A stretch of DNA of 62,817 nucleotides, filler included, from Actinomycetota bacterium (GTDB taxonomy: Bacteria; Actinomycetota; Acidimicrobiia; Spongiisociales; UBA4744), in the NCBI GenBank assembly GCA_013152275.1. It is 6 parts of 6 records of this genome, joined end to end, with 100 filler letters (N's around TTAATTAATTAA, not from the genome) between each part and the next. Parts side by side here need not be neighbours in the genome. Positions count along the whole stretch, not along the records: positions 40,006 to 43,102 come from JAADGS010000056.1; positions 43,203 to 59,385 come from JAADGS010000049.1; 4 more parts are not named here. One strand, given 5' to 3'. The translations under genes and the position numbers were made by a program. A model generated the notes under the pieces. It made no database searches and was not told the DNA's origin. It worked only from the letters and a program-made list of their open reading frames with translations. Shown here one piece after another: positions 41,387-51,380 of the stretch. Position 1 is the stretch's first letter, and every line of letters starts with the position of its first letter.

Positions 41387-42910
41387 TCAGTCTGTCGCCG
41401 GGTCGTTGTCGAGCTCGTTGCGAAGTCGGTACTTCATGACCTTGCCGGTCGGTGTGTAGGGGAGCTCGTCGACGAAGCGGAACTCGCGGGGGATCTTGTA
41501 CCTGGCGAGATGGTCGCCGAGGAACGCCGTGAGGTCGTCTGCACTCACCGTCGTATCGGGTTTCGGCACGATCAGAGCGAGGACGGTCTCACCCCACTCG
41601 GGATGCGGTTTGGCGATCACCGCGACACCGGCCACGTCCGGGTGCGACATGATGACGTCCTCCACCTCTTTGGAGTACACGTTCTCGCCGCCGGTCACGA
41701 TCATGTCCTTGATCCGGTCGACGATGTAGAGGTAGCCGTCCTCGTCGACCCTGGCGATGTCGCCGGTGCGGTACCAGCCGTTCTCGAAGGCGGCGCCGGT
41801 GGCCTCGGGGTCGTTGTAGTAGCCGACCATCATGGAGTCGGCCATGAGCCAGACCTCGCCGACCTCACCGGCCTTCGCCTCTTCGGTCGTGCTCTTCATC
41901 ACCTTGACGTTGGCACCCGGCAGCGCGGTGCGGCCGATCGAACCGGCCTTGGAGACCTGCTCGGAGGGGAACAGCGCCGTGCCCGAAGGGCCTGCCTCGG
42001 TCATCCCGTACACCTGGTAGAAACGGTCGCTGCGGTACTTGTCCATCAGCACCCTCGCGTTCTTCGCGTCGATCGGACCGCCGCCGTAGATCCAGGCACG
42101 GATCGACGACAGGTCGAACTCGTCGAAGTTGGGCACCATCGCCAGCGGAGCCAGGTAGCTGATCGGGGCGCCGAAGTAGATGGTGCACTGCTCGTCCTGG
42201 ACCGCTTCGAGGAAGTGCAGCGGGTGGTACTCGCGCAGCAGCACGGTGGTGGCCCCCAGATACTGTGCGGCCACGAACCAGTTGTTCAGCGGGGACGAAT
42301 GCCAGATCGGCATCGCCAGCAACACCCGGTCGTCCTGGCTGTACTGCGCCAGCAGGGCGCCGGTGATCCCGGCCATGATGACGTTGCGGTGCGAGTGCAC
42401 GCACCCTTTCGGTTTTCCGGTCGTACCCGACGTGTAGAGGAGCTCGGCCATGTCGTCGTCGGCGACTTCGACCGGTGACGGGTCCGCCGCCGAGGCCAGC
42501 GCCGCGTCGAAATGGGGGTAGCCGTCGGCCGGAGTGTCGAGCGATCCCCGTTTGGCGGTCGTGTCGAGCTTGCCTGCCAGGGGGGCCAGCGCCCCGTCGA
42601 AGAGGAACACCTTCGCTCCGCTGTGGTCGAGGATGTACTCGACCTCGGGGACGGCGAGCTTGTGGTTGACGGGAACGACGGCTGCGCCGGCCGCGAGTGC
42701 GCCGAAGAACGCTATCGGAAACGACGGCGTGTTGAAGCTCATGATCGCCACACGATCGCCCTTGGTGACACCCCAGGACTGCAGCACCGCCGCGGCACGG
42801 TACGCCTGGTCGGTCAGATCGGCGAAGCTCAACCCCCGACCCTCGTAGCGGATGGCGTCCTTTTCGGGGAACTTCCTTGCATTGCGGTCCAGTATCTCGA
42901 TGAGGTTCAC
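41387..42910 (-). CDS. AMP-binding acyl-CoA synthetase
   Basis: YTSGTTGKPKG, YGMTE, WYRTGD, DR.KDMI.TGGENVY, TGKV.K. Confidence 0.92.
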   Translation of the reverse strand: MNLIEILDRNARKFPEKDAIRYEGRGLSFADLTDQAYRAAAVLQSWGVTKGDRVAIMSFNTPSFPIAFFGALAAGAAVVPVNHKLAVPEVEYILDHSGAKVFLFDGALAPLAGKLDTTAKRGSLDTPADGYPHFDAALASAADPSPVEVADDDMAELLYTSGTTGKPKGCVHSHRNVIMAGITGALLAQYSQDDRVLLAMPIWHSSPLNNWFVAAQYLGATTVLLREYHPLHFLEAVQDEQCTIYFGAPISYLAPLAMVPNFDEFDLSSIRAWIYGGGPIDAKNARVLMDKYRSDRFYQVYGMTEAGPSGTALFPSEQVSKAGSIGRTALPGANVKVMKSTTEEAKAGEVGEVWLMADSMMVGYYNDPEATGAAFENGWYRTGDIARVDEDGYLYIVDRIKDMIVTGGENVYSKEVEDVIMSHPDVAGVAVIAKPHPEWGETVLALIVPKPDTTVSADDLTAFLGDHLARYKIPREFRFVDELPYTPTGKVMKYRLRNELDNDPATD

Positions 42911-43039
42911 AGAGGGTCCTTTCCGCTTCGGCTGGTCCCGGAGCATCGGTTTGGTGACAACAGTCGAAGGCTAGTCACGCGCAGACGGTGCAAGTTCTCC
43001 GTGCGGGGCGGGGAGGCTAGAGGCTCGGCTGGTTCTTTT

Positions 43040-43102
43040 CTTCCCCCTTCAGGGGCAAGTGCCGAGTCTTCGAGGCGATGGGGGTGTTCCCGCGGCGAGG
43101 GG
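43040..43102. repeat. REP-like repeat (same family)
   Basis: ttcccccttcaggggcaagtgccgagtcttcgaggcgatgggggtgttcccgcgg. Confidence 0.8.
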
Positions 43103-43218
43103 NNNNNNNNNNNNNNNNNNNNNNNNNNNNNNNNNNNNNNNNNNNNTTAATTAATTAANNNNNNNNNNNNNNNNNNNNNNNNNNNNNNNNNNNNNNNNNN
43201 NNGCAATCAACTCGGTGG

Positions 43219-43292
43219 TGTCACACATCTGTCCGGAACACTGTCACACATGTGTCCGGAACGATCTGTCACCGATCTCCCCGGAATGAACA
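43219..43292. mobile_element. Probable end of an IS481-family element
   Basis: Three related repeats TGTCAC.cat.t..ccggaa (43219, 43242, 43267) ending in ACA; the transposase would lie beyond the contig end. Confidence 0.6.
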
Positions 43293-43352
43293 GGCGGGCT
43301 GTGAGAGGGTGTTTGACATTCTGCTGACAGGGTCATGCCGCAGTCTGAGGGT

Positions 43353-43550
43353 ATGGAAGCGACTCCCGAGACGGGTATCGGCCGGCTGGCGAGACGACCG
43401 ACCAGGGTCGTGATCGACGCCGCGGGACCTCCGGTGCTCACCCCGGCTGCGGCTGGAGTTCTGCAGCGCATCCTGCTGCACGCCGCTGAGCGCGACGGTA
43501 TGATGAATGTCGCACACTCTGCCGCTTGTGCGGTACGCTCGGATTCGTGA
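43353..43550 (+). CDS. 65-aa ORF translationally coupled to the serine recombinase (copy 1)
   Basis: TGATG overlap with the recombinase; same length and core TRV.IDAAGPP.L..AAA..L.RILL.AA as 56566..56763. Confidence 0.7.
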   Translation: MEATPETGIGRLARRPTRVVIDAAGPPVLTPAAAGVLQRILLHAAERDGMMNVAHSAACAVRSDS

Positions 43551-45189
43551 TGCGGTTCGCGTTCTACGGCAGGGTCTCCACAGAGGATCAACAGGACCCT
43601 GAGTCGTCACGCAACTGGCAGCTCGCCCGGTCCCGCCAACTGATCGAACCCGACGGTGAGATCGTCGCCGAGTTCTTCGACATCGGCCAATCCCGTTCAC
43701 TCCCCTGGTCACGCCGCCCGGAAGCCTCAAGGCTCCTTCACATGCTCGCCGATCCGGACCGGGGGTTCGACGCGGTGGTGATCGGCGAACCGCAGCGGGC
43801 TTTCTACGGCAACCAGTTCGGTCTCACCTTCCCCGTGTTTGTCCACTACGGGGTCGGACTGTGGGTCCCCGAAGTTGGCGGTGCCGTCGACCCGGGCTCT
43901 GATGCGCACGAGATCGTCATGAACCTCTACGGCGGGATGAGCAAGGGTGAACGCAACCGCATCAAAACCAGAGTCCGCACCGCGATGGCCGCCCAAGCAG
44001 CCATCGAAGGCCGCTTCCTTGGGGCCGGCCACCCTACGGGTACCAACTCGTCGACGCCGGCCCGCACCCCAATCCGGCCAAAGCGGCCACCGGCCAACAG
44101 CTGCACCGCCTCGAGCCGGATCCGATTGCGGCGCCGGTGGTCCAGAGGATCTTCACCGAGTTCGTCACCGGCCGGGGTCTCTACGCCATCGCCGAGGGAC
44201 TCACCGCAGACGAGATCCTCTCCCCCTCCGCACATGACCCGGCCCGCAACCGCCACCGCACGAGCAGTCGTGGCGCCTGGTCCAAATCGGCCGTTCGGGC
44301 CATCCTCCGCAACCCCCGCTACACCGGATACCAAGTCTGGAACCGCCAAGCCCGCCACGAGATCCTCATCGACGTCGATGACGTTGCTCTCGGCCATGAC
44401 ACCAAGATGCGATGGAACGACCACGACCAGTGGATCTGGTCTGAACAACAAACGCATGAACCGCTCATCACCATGGAGGAGTTCGAAGCGGTCCAAAGGA
44501 TCTTCCGAGGGGCAAATCGCTCAGCGGTCCGTCGCGAGAAGACCAAACGCGGCCCCTACATACTCAGCGGCATGATGCGCTGCGGGGTCTGCGGCCGGCG
44601 GATGCAGGGCTCTTGGAACCACAACCAGCCGTACTACCGCTGCAAGTTCCCGGCCGAGTACGCCATCACCGAGCAACAGCACCCCAAAACCATCTACATC
44701 AAAGAGACAGCAATCACCCCAAGCATCGACCGATGGCTCGCTCAGCTGTTCGACGACGACCACATAGACGACACCTGTGCCGCCCTGGAAGCCGCAACCG
44801 GCCAACAACGCGACGATGACAGCCGCCGGCTCGCCGCTCGTCGCACGATCAAAGCCTGCGACAGCAAGCTTGCCAAATACCGCCAGGCGCTCGAAGCTGG
44901 CACCGACCCCTCAATCGTCGGAGGTTGGATCGAAGAGGTCAAACTCGAAAGGAGGGCAGCCGAGCTGCGGCTTCGAAAGACACACCCCGCCCTGAGCAAG
45001 GACGACATCCGATCACTCGTCCTGCAATCCAAGGGAATCGTCGAGATTCTCGCTCAAGCCGACCCCGAAGACCGGCGAGCCGTCTACCAAGAACTCGGCA
45101 TCTCGATCACCTACCACACGAACGGTCGACTGCACGTTACGGCAGGACCAGCTTCGTGTACTAACGATGGTGTCGGAGGGGGGACTTGA
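43550..45189 (+). pseudogene. Large serine recombinase, frameshifted by one missing G at 44021-44024
   Basis: FYGRVSTEDQQ catalytic motif; colinear with the intact copy at 56763; GGRPPYG is broken in a G4 run; ends VGGGT*. Confidence 0.88.
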
Positions 45190-45192
45190 ACC
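45155..45192. other. Hybrid att site: recombinase 3' end fused to a 25-nt tRNA-Leu-like 3' fragment on the minus strand
   Basis: Reverse complement of 45168-45192 is GGTTCAAGTCCCCCCTCCGACACCA (T-loop, acceptor 3' strand, CCA); core GTGTCGGAGG at 45170-79. Confidence 0.7.
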
Positions 45193-45537
45193 TTGATCCC
45201 ACGCGGCAGCCCATCAGGCGAGTTCCCGCTAGCCGCGTGAAGCCGACAGAAGCCGGACAGGCCCTCCGAGGAACCGGTGAGCTCTGTCGTATAAACCTTG
45301 ATCGGAGCGATTCACTGACTCTGGAAAACGCCCGGGAACCTCTCCTCATCGGGGGTATTGGTTTGTCGCTTCTCCCCCGTTTCCCGGCGGACGATGTGCT
45401 CCTCGAGCTGCCGGGGATCGGACATCAAGGACCCGCGGACGAACACCTGAACGTTCGCGTAGCTCACAGCATCTGCATCGAGTCGGGACTCCCGCCTTCC
45501 CTGGCGTGAGTTGTCGGTGTTCCACACGGTCATCCGG

Positions 45538-46944
45538 CTACTCGTCTGCTCCGGACACTTGGTGCACCTCCGGCTGAGGGATGGAAAGAACTCCAGGAAG
45601 GGACTCGTGTGAAGTGACCTCCGGTTCCTTTTCCGCTTCCTTCGGCTCGGCGAGTTTGGGTGGTCTCGGCTGCCAGGCGGTCAGGTTCTGCACGACATCC
45701 CGGTAGAAGTCCAGTACCTGTGCTCGTGTGATCGCTACGAAGGATCCGTGGCCTTTGCCACGCTTCTCGCCCATCTCGCGGGTCACCGCGACAACGAACG
45801 CTTTCGGCTCCTTCTTCGGATCGGAGGTGAGCAGGACTGTCTCAGGCGACTTTTGCACGTCGGCTACCAGGGCCGAGGTGCTGTCTCGGGTGTGGGGGAA
45901 CTTGACTTCGATCCGGGTGTCGGGCGGAGCGTCTTTGAGCTGTCGGAGCAGCCAGTTGACTCGTGTCTTGGCTCTACCCTCTCGCGGGGCCTTGACCTCG
46001 ATCGACGTGGTCACCTGTCTGCTCACCAGGTCGGCTTCGATATTGACATGTCCGACCGCGTCCGGCACCCTGACCGTTGCTTTGAGCTTGTGCTCGTCGC
46101 GAGCTCCGAGAGTGTCGCAGTGCACGGCGAACCGGGACTTCGCGTCGCTCGCTCTTGGGTAGACCGGTGTCACTTCTCGAATGAGCTTCTGCCGGAGACC
46201 GAGGCACAGGTATTCGACGAATTGTACCCAGTCGGATGCTACCGACCCGATTCCCTTGTCGCCGGGCCGAAGGGTCCGTTGCCGGGCGGCGTTCCTCACC
46301 GCCACCCAATCTGCTCCCATCCCTTCGAAGCCACCTGCACCTGACTTCTCGCTGTCGAGGTAGTCGACCAACTGTCCGAGTATCCACGCCTGCTCAGGAT
46401 CAGAGATTCCATGACGCTGGTTCTTGATGACGGCCTCGGTGAAGATTCGGAACCACGACAGATGCCGGACTGCCTCGAGCTTGTTGAGAAGACGTTTGTT
46501 CGGTTTGAACGGAAGAGCATCAGGCGACGAAACGATCTGGTTCGAGATCGACAGGACGGCATCGAACCCATTGGCAACAGCGATCCCCATGTACCGGTTG
46601 ATCTGCTCGGCGGTGAGTTCGGCATCCCCTGTCTTCACCTCCACCAGGCACACCCATCTGGTCTTCCCCCGCTCGACGATGATCACGCCGTCCGGGATTG
46701 CTATCCCGTCCTCATCCTCGAACTGGACCTCGGTGAAGGTCGAAATCTGGCCTGCCGGTGCATTCAGGTAGGACAGGATCACCTTCCCGAACGAGGGGAC
46801 GATCCCCATCACGGCCAGCAGCGCCGAGGTGGCCCGCTGCTCCTGCTCCTTCACACTCCGAATGCCAACCACCGGGATCAGCCGGGCCGGATGCCACGAC
46901 TCCTCGGGCTTGTCGGTTGGATCGATTGAAATGTCAAGAGCCAT
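45538..46944 (-). CDS. PD-(D/E)XK nuclease-like protein (putative defence)
   Basis: ARLIP..G...EQE.RATSALLA, TFTEV.F, PDG....(W..LVEVK), Q...Y, FDAV.SISN. Confidence 0.65.
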   Translation of the reverse strand: MALDISIDPTDKPEESWHPARLIPVVGIRSVKEQEQRATSALLAVMGIVPSFGKVILSYLNAPAGQISTFTEVQFEDEDGIAIPDGVIIVERGKTRWVCLVEVKTGDAELTAEQINRYMGIAVANGFDAVLSISNQIVSSPDALPFKPNKRLLNKLEAVRHLSWFRIFTEAVIKNQRHGISDPEQAWILGQLVDYLDSEKSGAGGFEGMGADWVAVRNAARQRTLRPGDKGIGSVASDWVQFVEYLCLGLRQKLIREVTPVYPRASDAKSRFAVHCDTLGARDEHKLKATVRVPDAVGHVNIEADLVSRQVTTSIEVKAPREGRAKTRVNWLLRQLKDAPPDTRIEVKFPHTRDSTSALVADVQKSPETVLLTSDPKKEPKAFVVAVTREMGEKRGKGHGSFVAITRAQVLDFYRDVVQNLTAWQPRPPKLAEPKEAEKEPEVTSHESLPGVLSIPQPEVHQVSGADE

Positions 46945-47209
46945 GTTGTACCCCCTACATAGCCGTCTGGTCGCTCCCAACCTACTCCCGGCCGCCATCA
47001 CGGCGCAGATTCGAGTACTGGTCGGACGTTCCGGAAGGCACCGAATCCTGAGACGACACCCAAGACCATCTCGACCTCCACGCGACGACGGACCGCGAGA
47101 GCCCCCGCTGAGGCTGAGCATGACCTCTGCCATGTGAAAACCATCCATGGGGTGTTTGCCACCTGCGGACATGGCCGCCGACATGAGATGTCCGAGAGCG
47201 AGGAGTCGC

Positions 47210-47971
47210 TTACGCTTCGCCCTCGAGTCGGCCGAGAGCTTCCCGCACGACATCGAGGCAGGTCGCCGGGCAGGGCAGATCGCCAAGTTGGTGCCCGAGC
47301 TCAGCCTCCCATGACTCCTCGACCTGGCGTGGAACTCGGGATTCGAGCATCGCCAGGCTGAGTGCGGCGCCGGTGATCTCCTTCACCAGCGCAGGAACCA
47401 CGGAAGTGAAGTACCCGCGCAGCGCGAGATCGTGAAGATCGAACAGATCCCTGGGTGTATGACGGTCGCCCCACGCGATCAGCTTCATCGCAACAAACGA
47501 AGAGCCGGTCGGCACCGTAAGCAACACGTGCTCAGGGAGATCGGAGTACCGGAGCCTGACTTCGGCGGACGTAACTGGCAGCCCTCTCCAGTCGGAACGC
47601 CACCGCGCGAACTGAACGTTCAGCGCGATCGCGTCGCCAACCAGCAGGATCTTGGTATCGACCTCATGGCGTCGTCCACCATCCTCCCAGCGCGTATCTG
47701 GGAACTCTCGCCGAATGCCTCGTGATACCAGGCTCGGCAGTGTCTGGGCGGCATGATTGTGATCGTCAACAAGAAGATCGATGTCTTCCGACAGCCGGGA
47801 GTCTGCACACCACGTTCGACAGAGTGCCGTGCCACCAAAGAACACGATCTCGTTGTTCGAGGTCTCCGACAGCGCTCGGAGCACGTGGCTGATCAGGTGA
47901 TCACGCATGATCTGATCCTCGGGAACACCGAAGGCAGCAACGTGTGCTCGCAACTCATCGGCGGAGATCAT
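47210..47971 (-). CDS. AbiEii/AbiGii-family nucleotidyltransferase toxin (type IV TA)
   Basis: FFGGTAL, RLSEDIDL, K..AW.DR..PRDLFDL. Confidence 0.85.
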   Translation of the reverse strand: MISADELRAHVAAFGVPEDQIMRDHLISHVLRALSETSNNEIVFFGGTALCRTWCADSRLSEDIDLLVDDHNHAAQTLPSLVSRGIRREFPDTRWEDGGRRHEVDTKILLVGDAIALNVQFARWRSDWRGLPVTSAEVRLRYSDLPEHVLLTVPTGSSFVAMKLIAWGDRHTPRDLFDLHDLALRGYFTSVVPALVKEITGAALSLAMLESRVPRQVEESWEAELGHQLGDLPCPATCLDVVREALGRLEGEA

Positions 47972-48587
47972 CGAGAATCCTCCTGACCCGCTCGAGCGCC
48001 GCTCGTCCGCGCGATGCCGCAGCGACCTCCTCCAGGATCTCTGGTGACGCACGCAGAGCAAGAAGACGGATCATTTCCTCGCGCGCAGATTCGGTCACCA
48101 GCCAACGGGGCCAATCGCCCGAAAGGTCGAGCAACGTCTGCTCGACACTCGTCATCCACCCTGGAGTCAACTCCGTACTCGCTCGCACGAGGTCGAGCTT
48201 CGACACGTCGCGAACCACAAACTTGACTGAACCGGCAACGGTCGGCTTCCTGGGTCGCTGATTGGGCACGGCGACGACTGCGGCAGACAGAGCTCTTGGG
48301 TAGCATCCGTGAAGTCTCGCTGCCGAAGGTCCCAGAAGCGCGACTCTGTCGGTGCCATAGTCCGCAGTCGCGATCCCGAGAGCTGCAGCTTCAACCGTCG
48401 GTCGCCAACCCGATGCCGGTCCGCGGTAGGCCTCGGGGACAAGGGCGTAGTAGCCCGTGGCCAATCGGAGAAGTGCACCGGCAGCGGCGAGTCGTCGCAG
48501 TTCCGGTCCGGCATCTTTCACGCGGAAGTCTCCGACCCTCACCACACGATTGTCACGACGAGCTATCTCACTCAAGTAGGTTGACAT
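47955..48587 (-). CDS. AbiEi-family antitoxin (type IV TA)
   Basis: N-terminal wHTH L.RL...G...RL..GYY, L.G.SAARLHG, TSVEQTLLDL; directly upstream of the toxin. Confidence 0.8.
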   Translation of the reverse strand: MSTYLSEIARRDNRVVRVGDFRVKDAGPELRRLAAAGALLRLATGYYALVPEAYRGPASGWRPTVEAAALGIATADYGTDRVALLGPSAARLHGCYPRALSAAVVAVPNQRPRKPTVAGSVKFVVRDVSKLDLVRASTELTPGWMTSVEQTLLDLSGDWPRWLVTESAREEMIRLLALRASPEILEEVAAASRGRAALERVRRILDDLRR

Positions 48588-48595
48588 GGCCTTAG

Positions 48596-48637
48596 TTTAT
48601 AACGAAACGGAGTATTTAGCCCCTGTTTCATCATAAA
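48596..48637. promoter_or_regulatory. Inverted repeat, probable AbiEi autoregulatory operator
   Basis: tttataacgaaac ... gtttcatcataaa (11/13 match) just upstream of the antitoxin start. Confidence 0.55.
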
Positions 48638-48926
48638 GTTCTGCTCAACACCATGCCACGATGAACCCACACCTGGATACCGCGGAAATCCAAGACCATC
48701 AACTCGTCGTGGTAGCAGCCGCTTGCACCAGCCCTTGCACTGCAAGGGCTTGGAGTAGTCATCCGACCGCGACGTCATGCACTGTTTCACACCCTTTTGC
48801 CTGCTTGTCGCCTGCGTTCTCTATGTGTTCAATACCAGAGCACCCACTCCTGACAGGAGAACAAGCTGTGTCTCTGGTCGGGGAAAGACCCGCTCGCAGC
48901 CGTGTAAGTCGCGTCTGTTGTGGCGC

Positions 48927-49123
48927 ATGCTGGACGACGCCGACCCCGTCGGCAAGCGCGCCATCTACAGGGAACTCGGCGTCAAACTCACCTATCACAC
49001 CGACGGCCGGTAGACGTGCCGGCTGGAACGCCCCATGTACTTGGGGTTCGTGTCGGAGGACCGACACCCATGCCGACTACACGGTCAGCACCACTCAGTA
49101 ACTGGTACACAGTCGCGGCGTGA
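48927..49123 (+). pseudogene. 3' remnant of a third serine recombinase containing an att site
   Basis: LDDADP..KRAIYRELG..LTYH.DGR, frameshift, VRVGGPTPMPTTRSAPLSNWYTVAA*, homologous to the C-termini of both other copies. Confidence 0.8.
49034..49083. other. attP-like symmetric site
   Basis: TGTA-N10-GTGTCGG-A-GG-A-CCGACAC-N10-TACA, dyad centred on GG 49058-59. Confidence 0.75.
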
Positions 49124-49459
49124 GGCCCGGCGACTTCTGCGGTGTCAAGGTCTCTCCGGGCTTCCTCGCGCACGCGCACGACCGGGGCGGCTTTGCCACA
49201 CTGCCTGGTCAGGAACCTGATTGGTTGCTCAGCGTTTCGTGTCAATCATCGACGCTTCTCGGCCTCATGCAGACGCGGCGTGGTCGCGGAATTAGAGCCC
49301 GACTCGTCGGGGACAGGTCCATGGACGTGGCCCAGCATCGCAACCCAACAGCCCGATGTGGTCGGCACTCGTGACGTTCCCCCGAGAGAGAATGCCCCTC
49401 GTCGCGCACAAGTTGATCACAGCAACGGCTGTGTGAGAGGAGCTCGATCGCATCGAGTG

Positions 49460-50017
49460 TCACGGACAGGGGGCTTCGACGCCGAGCCGGACCTGTTCCG
49501 TCCGGCCGTCGGTGGTGACGGCAAGAGTGACGCAGGTTGGATCGTCCGATACCCATAGGCCCCCAGGGAAGACGATCCAGTTGTTCCCGTCTCCGGGGCA
49601 GGGACCGACCTCAATGCGAGTGGCCGGCCACCCTGGGTCCCGCGCTCCCTATTCCATGACGGCGGTTCCCGGCTCGGCCTTCACGATCTCGAGGGTCAAC
49701 GCCCGACCGGCACGGACGATGAGCCCAAACTTGGCGAAACGGAGCCCCTCGTGGGCTGTCCCCGGCTCACCATCGCGGCCGAGGTCGAGGGGACAGGGTT
49801 CCAGGGCGATGACGTCGAGCACCCGGAGCGAGAAGAAGGGATCAGGCGAGTTCTCATAGGAGTCGATGAAGCTGGTGCAGTCGACTCGAGTGGCGGGCCG
49901 AAGCGTGGTCGTGGTCGGAGCGACCGGCCCGCCCGTACAGGCCACGGCCACGAGGGACACCACCACGACCAAGACCCCCCAGGCCCCGGATGGACCTGGT
50001 CTCATCTTCTGGCTCAT
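49460..50017 (-). pseudogene. Lipoprotein with an in-frame TAG at 49649-49651
   Basis: Lipobox LVAVAC; frame continues after the stop as GARDPGWPATRIEVGPC...WIVFPGGLWV..PTCV.L...VRLGVEAPCP*. Confidence 0.65.
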
Positions 50018-50056
50018 TCCGGTTGTCCTTTCAGGCGTCTCCCCCGCTGCATCGAG

Positions 50057-50299
50057 TCAGATCGCCAAGAACAACAGCACAGCAACTATGCAGAACCCGA
50101 GGCCGGCTGTCCGGCCTCTGTCGCGGAGGCACTGAAGCTGGATGGTGATAGCCACCAAGTCATGGGAGTTCCTTCCACTTCCGGCTGGTCGGGCCGCAAG
50201 CCAGCCGACGGCACCAAGGAACCCGGCGGCGCACAACAGTCCGAACCACGGTTGTCCGAAGCCTACGGCGACGCCGGCCAGGAAAACCGTCCCAACCAT
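50057..50299 (-). CDS. Small hydrophobic hypothetical protein
   Basis: Three hydrophobic stretches; abuts the upstream gene. Confidence 0.4.
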   Translation of the reverse strand: MVGTVFLAGVAVGFGQPWFGLLCAAGFLGAVGWLAARPAGSGRNSHDLVAITIQLQCLRDRGRTAGLGFCIVAVLLFLAI

Positions 50300-51340
50300 T
50301 CATTCTCCCTCCACGTTGGGGCGACTTCGGGGAACTGTGACCACGCCCGACTCGAATGCTCCGAGGTAGGTGGTTGTGCCATCGGAGATGTCGATGAGCA
50401 GTGGACCTCCGTAGGTTTGGTCACACACAAGGTCGTCGCCGAGCCATTCTCCGTGGAAGCAGTACCCGCCCTCGATGTGCACGCCATCGGCGAGATGGAG
50501 AGTGAGTGTCGACGATCCCAGAGAGTCGCCATCGGCGAGTTGGTGGCGCGACAGCGTGAGGGTGGGTGTGTGATCCGGTTCTATCGCCCCGGTTTGCAGA
50601 AGGACTAGTTCGTCGCCCCTGCGAGACACCGTTAACAGAGAGTCCGTAGACACCGGCAGAACCCATACGACATCGCCTGACAGTGATTGTGTGATGAGGT
50701 CCGTTCCGCCTTCGTTGAGCCAGACCAAGGTCACGAGCCCATCGCTAAGGATCCCCTGTGTCACTCCCGACTCCCATCCGCCTACCGATCCCAGGTCGAT
50801 CCGCTCGTCGTTCTGCAGGTCGACCAGCAGCAACCGCTCGTCCGTGTCCTCGGGTGTCGAGCCGGTTCTCGAAGTCACCACCGCGACACGACGCCCGTCA
50901 GCCACCCCCGCATCGAGCAGGTGCAGATTCTCGTCGTCCTGTGGCAAGGATCGGACACCGTCAGAGTCGAACACGCGAATAGGCCCGTCAGCTGGCCGGG
51001 GGTACACGCTGCTCGGGGTTGATTCCTGAGCGACCACCAGATCGTCACCAAGCATGAATGCAATGGCAGTCGGCTGGTCCCAGAGCTGAACCGTCCCACT
51101 CTCGGTTGTCAGAAAGATCCCGTCATCCGAGGCGACCACCTCCTGCGCAGCCATCGGTAGCAGAGCCGACACAATCGTCGTCGAAGGGGCCCCGCCGGTC
51201 GTCGGAGTGGAGGTCGCCTCGGTTGTGCTGACCGTCGAGTGAGCAGTTGTTGGGGCCGCGATGCTGCTTGTCGTGACCGAGTCCGCAACGGCGCAGCCAG
51301 CAGCCAAGACCATGATCAACACGACGATCAGCCTTCTCAC
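50300..51340 (-). CDS. Acidic beta-rich lipoprotein
   Basis: Signal peptide with lipobox LAAGC, Thr/Ser linker, beta-propeller-like repeats. Confidence 0.7.
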   Translation of the reverse strand: MRRLIVVLIMVLAAGCAVADSVTTSSIAAPTTAHSTVSTTEATSTPTTGGAPSTTIVSALLPMAAQEVVASDDGIFLTTESGTVQLWDQPTAIAFMLGDDLVVAQESTPSSVYPRPADGPIRVFDSDGVRSLPQDDENLHLLDAGVADGRRVAVVTSRTGSTPEDTDERLLLVDLQNDERIDLGSVGGWESGVTQGILSDGLVTLVWLNEGGTDLITQSLSGDVVWVLPVSTDSLLTVSRRGDELVLLQTGAIEPDHTPTLTLSRHQLADGDSLGSSTLTLHLADGVHIEGGYCFHGEWLGDDLVCDQTYGGPLLIDISDGTTTYLGAFESGVVTVPRSRPNVEGE

Positions 51341-51380
51341 TTCTCCGCTCTCCCCTGGAGGGCTGCAGCTCGAGACACCG

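Noticed and set aside
44015..44030. Programmed -1 frameshift
   Set aside because: No X XXY YYZ slippery heptamer, and the paralogue is uninterrupted.
45168..45250. Complete tRNA on the minus strand
   Set aside because: Only the last 25 nt are tRNA-like; the T stem is broken and there is no D or anticodon arm.
49649..49651. Pyrrolysine or stop readthrough
   Set aside because: No pyl genes are seen; TGG-to-TAG decay is simpler because neighbouring cargo genes are also broken.
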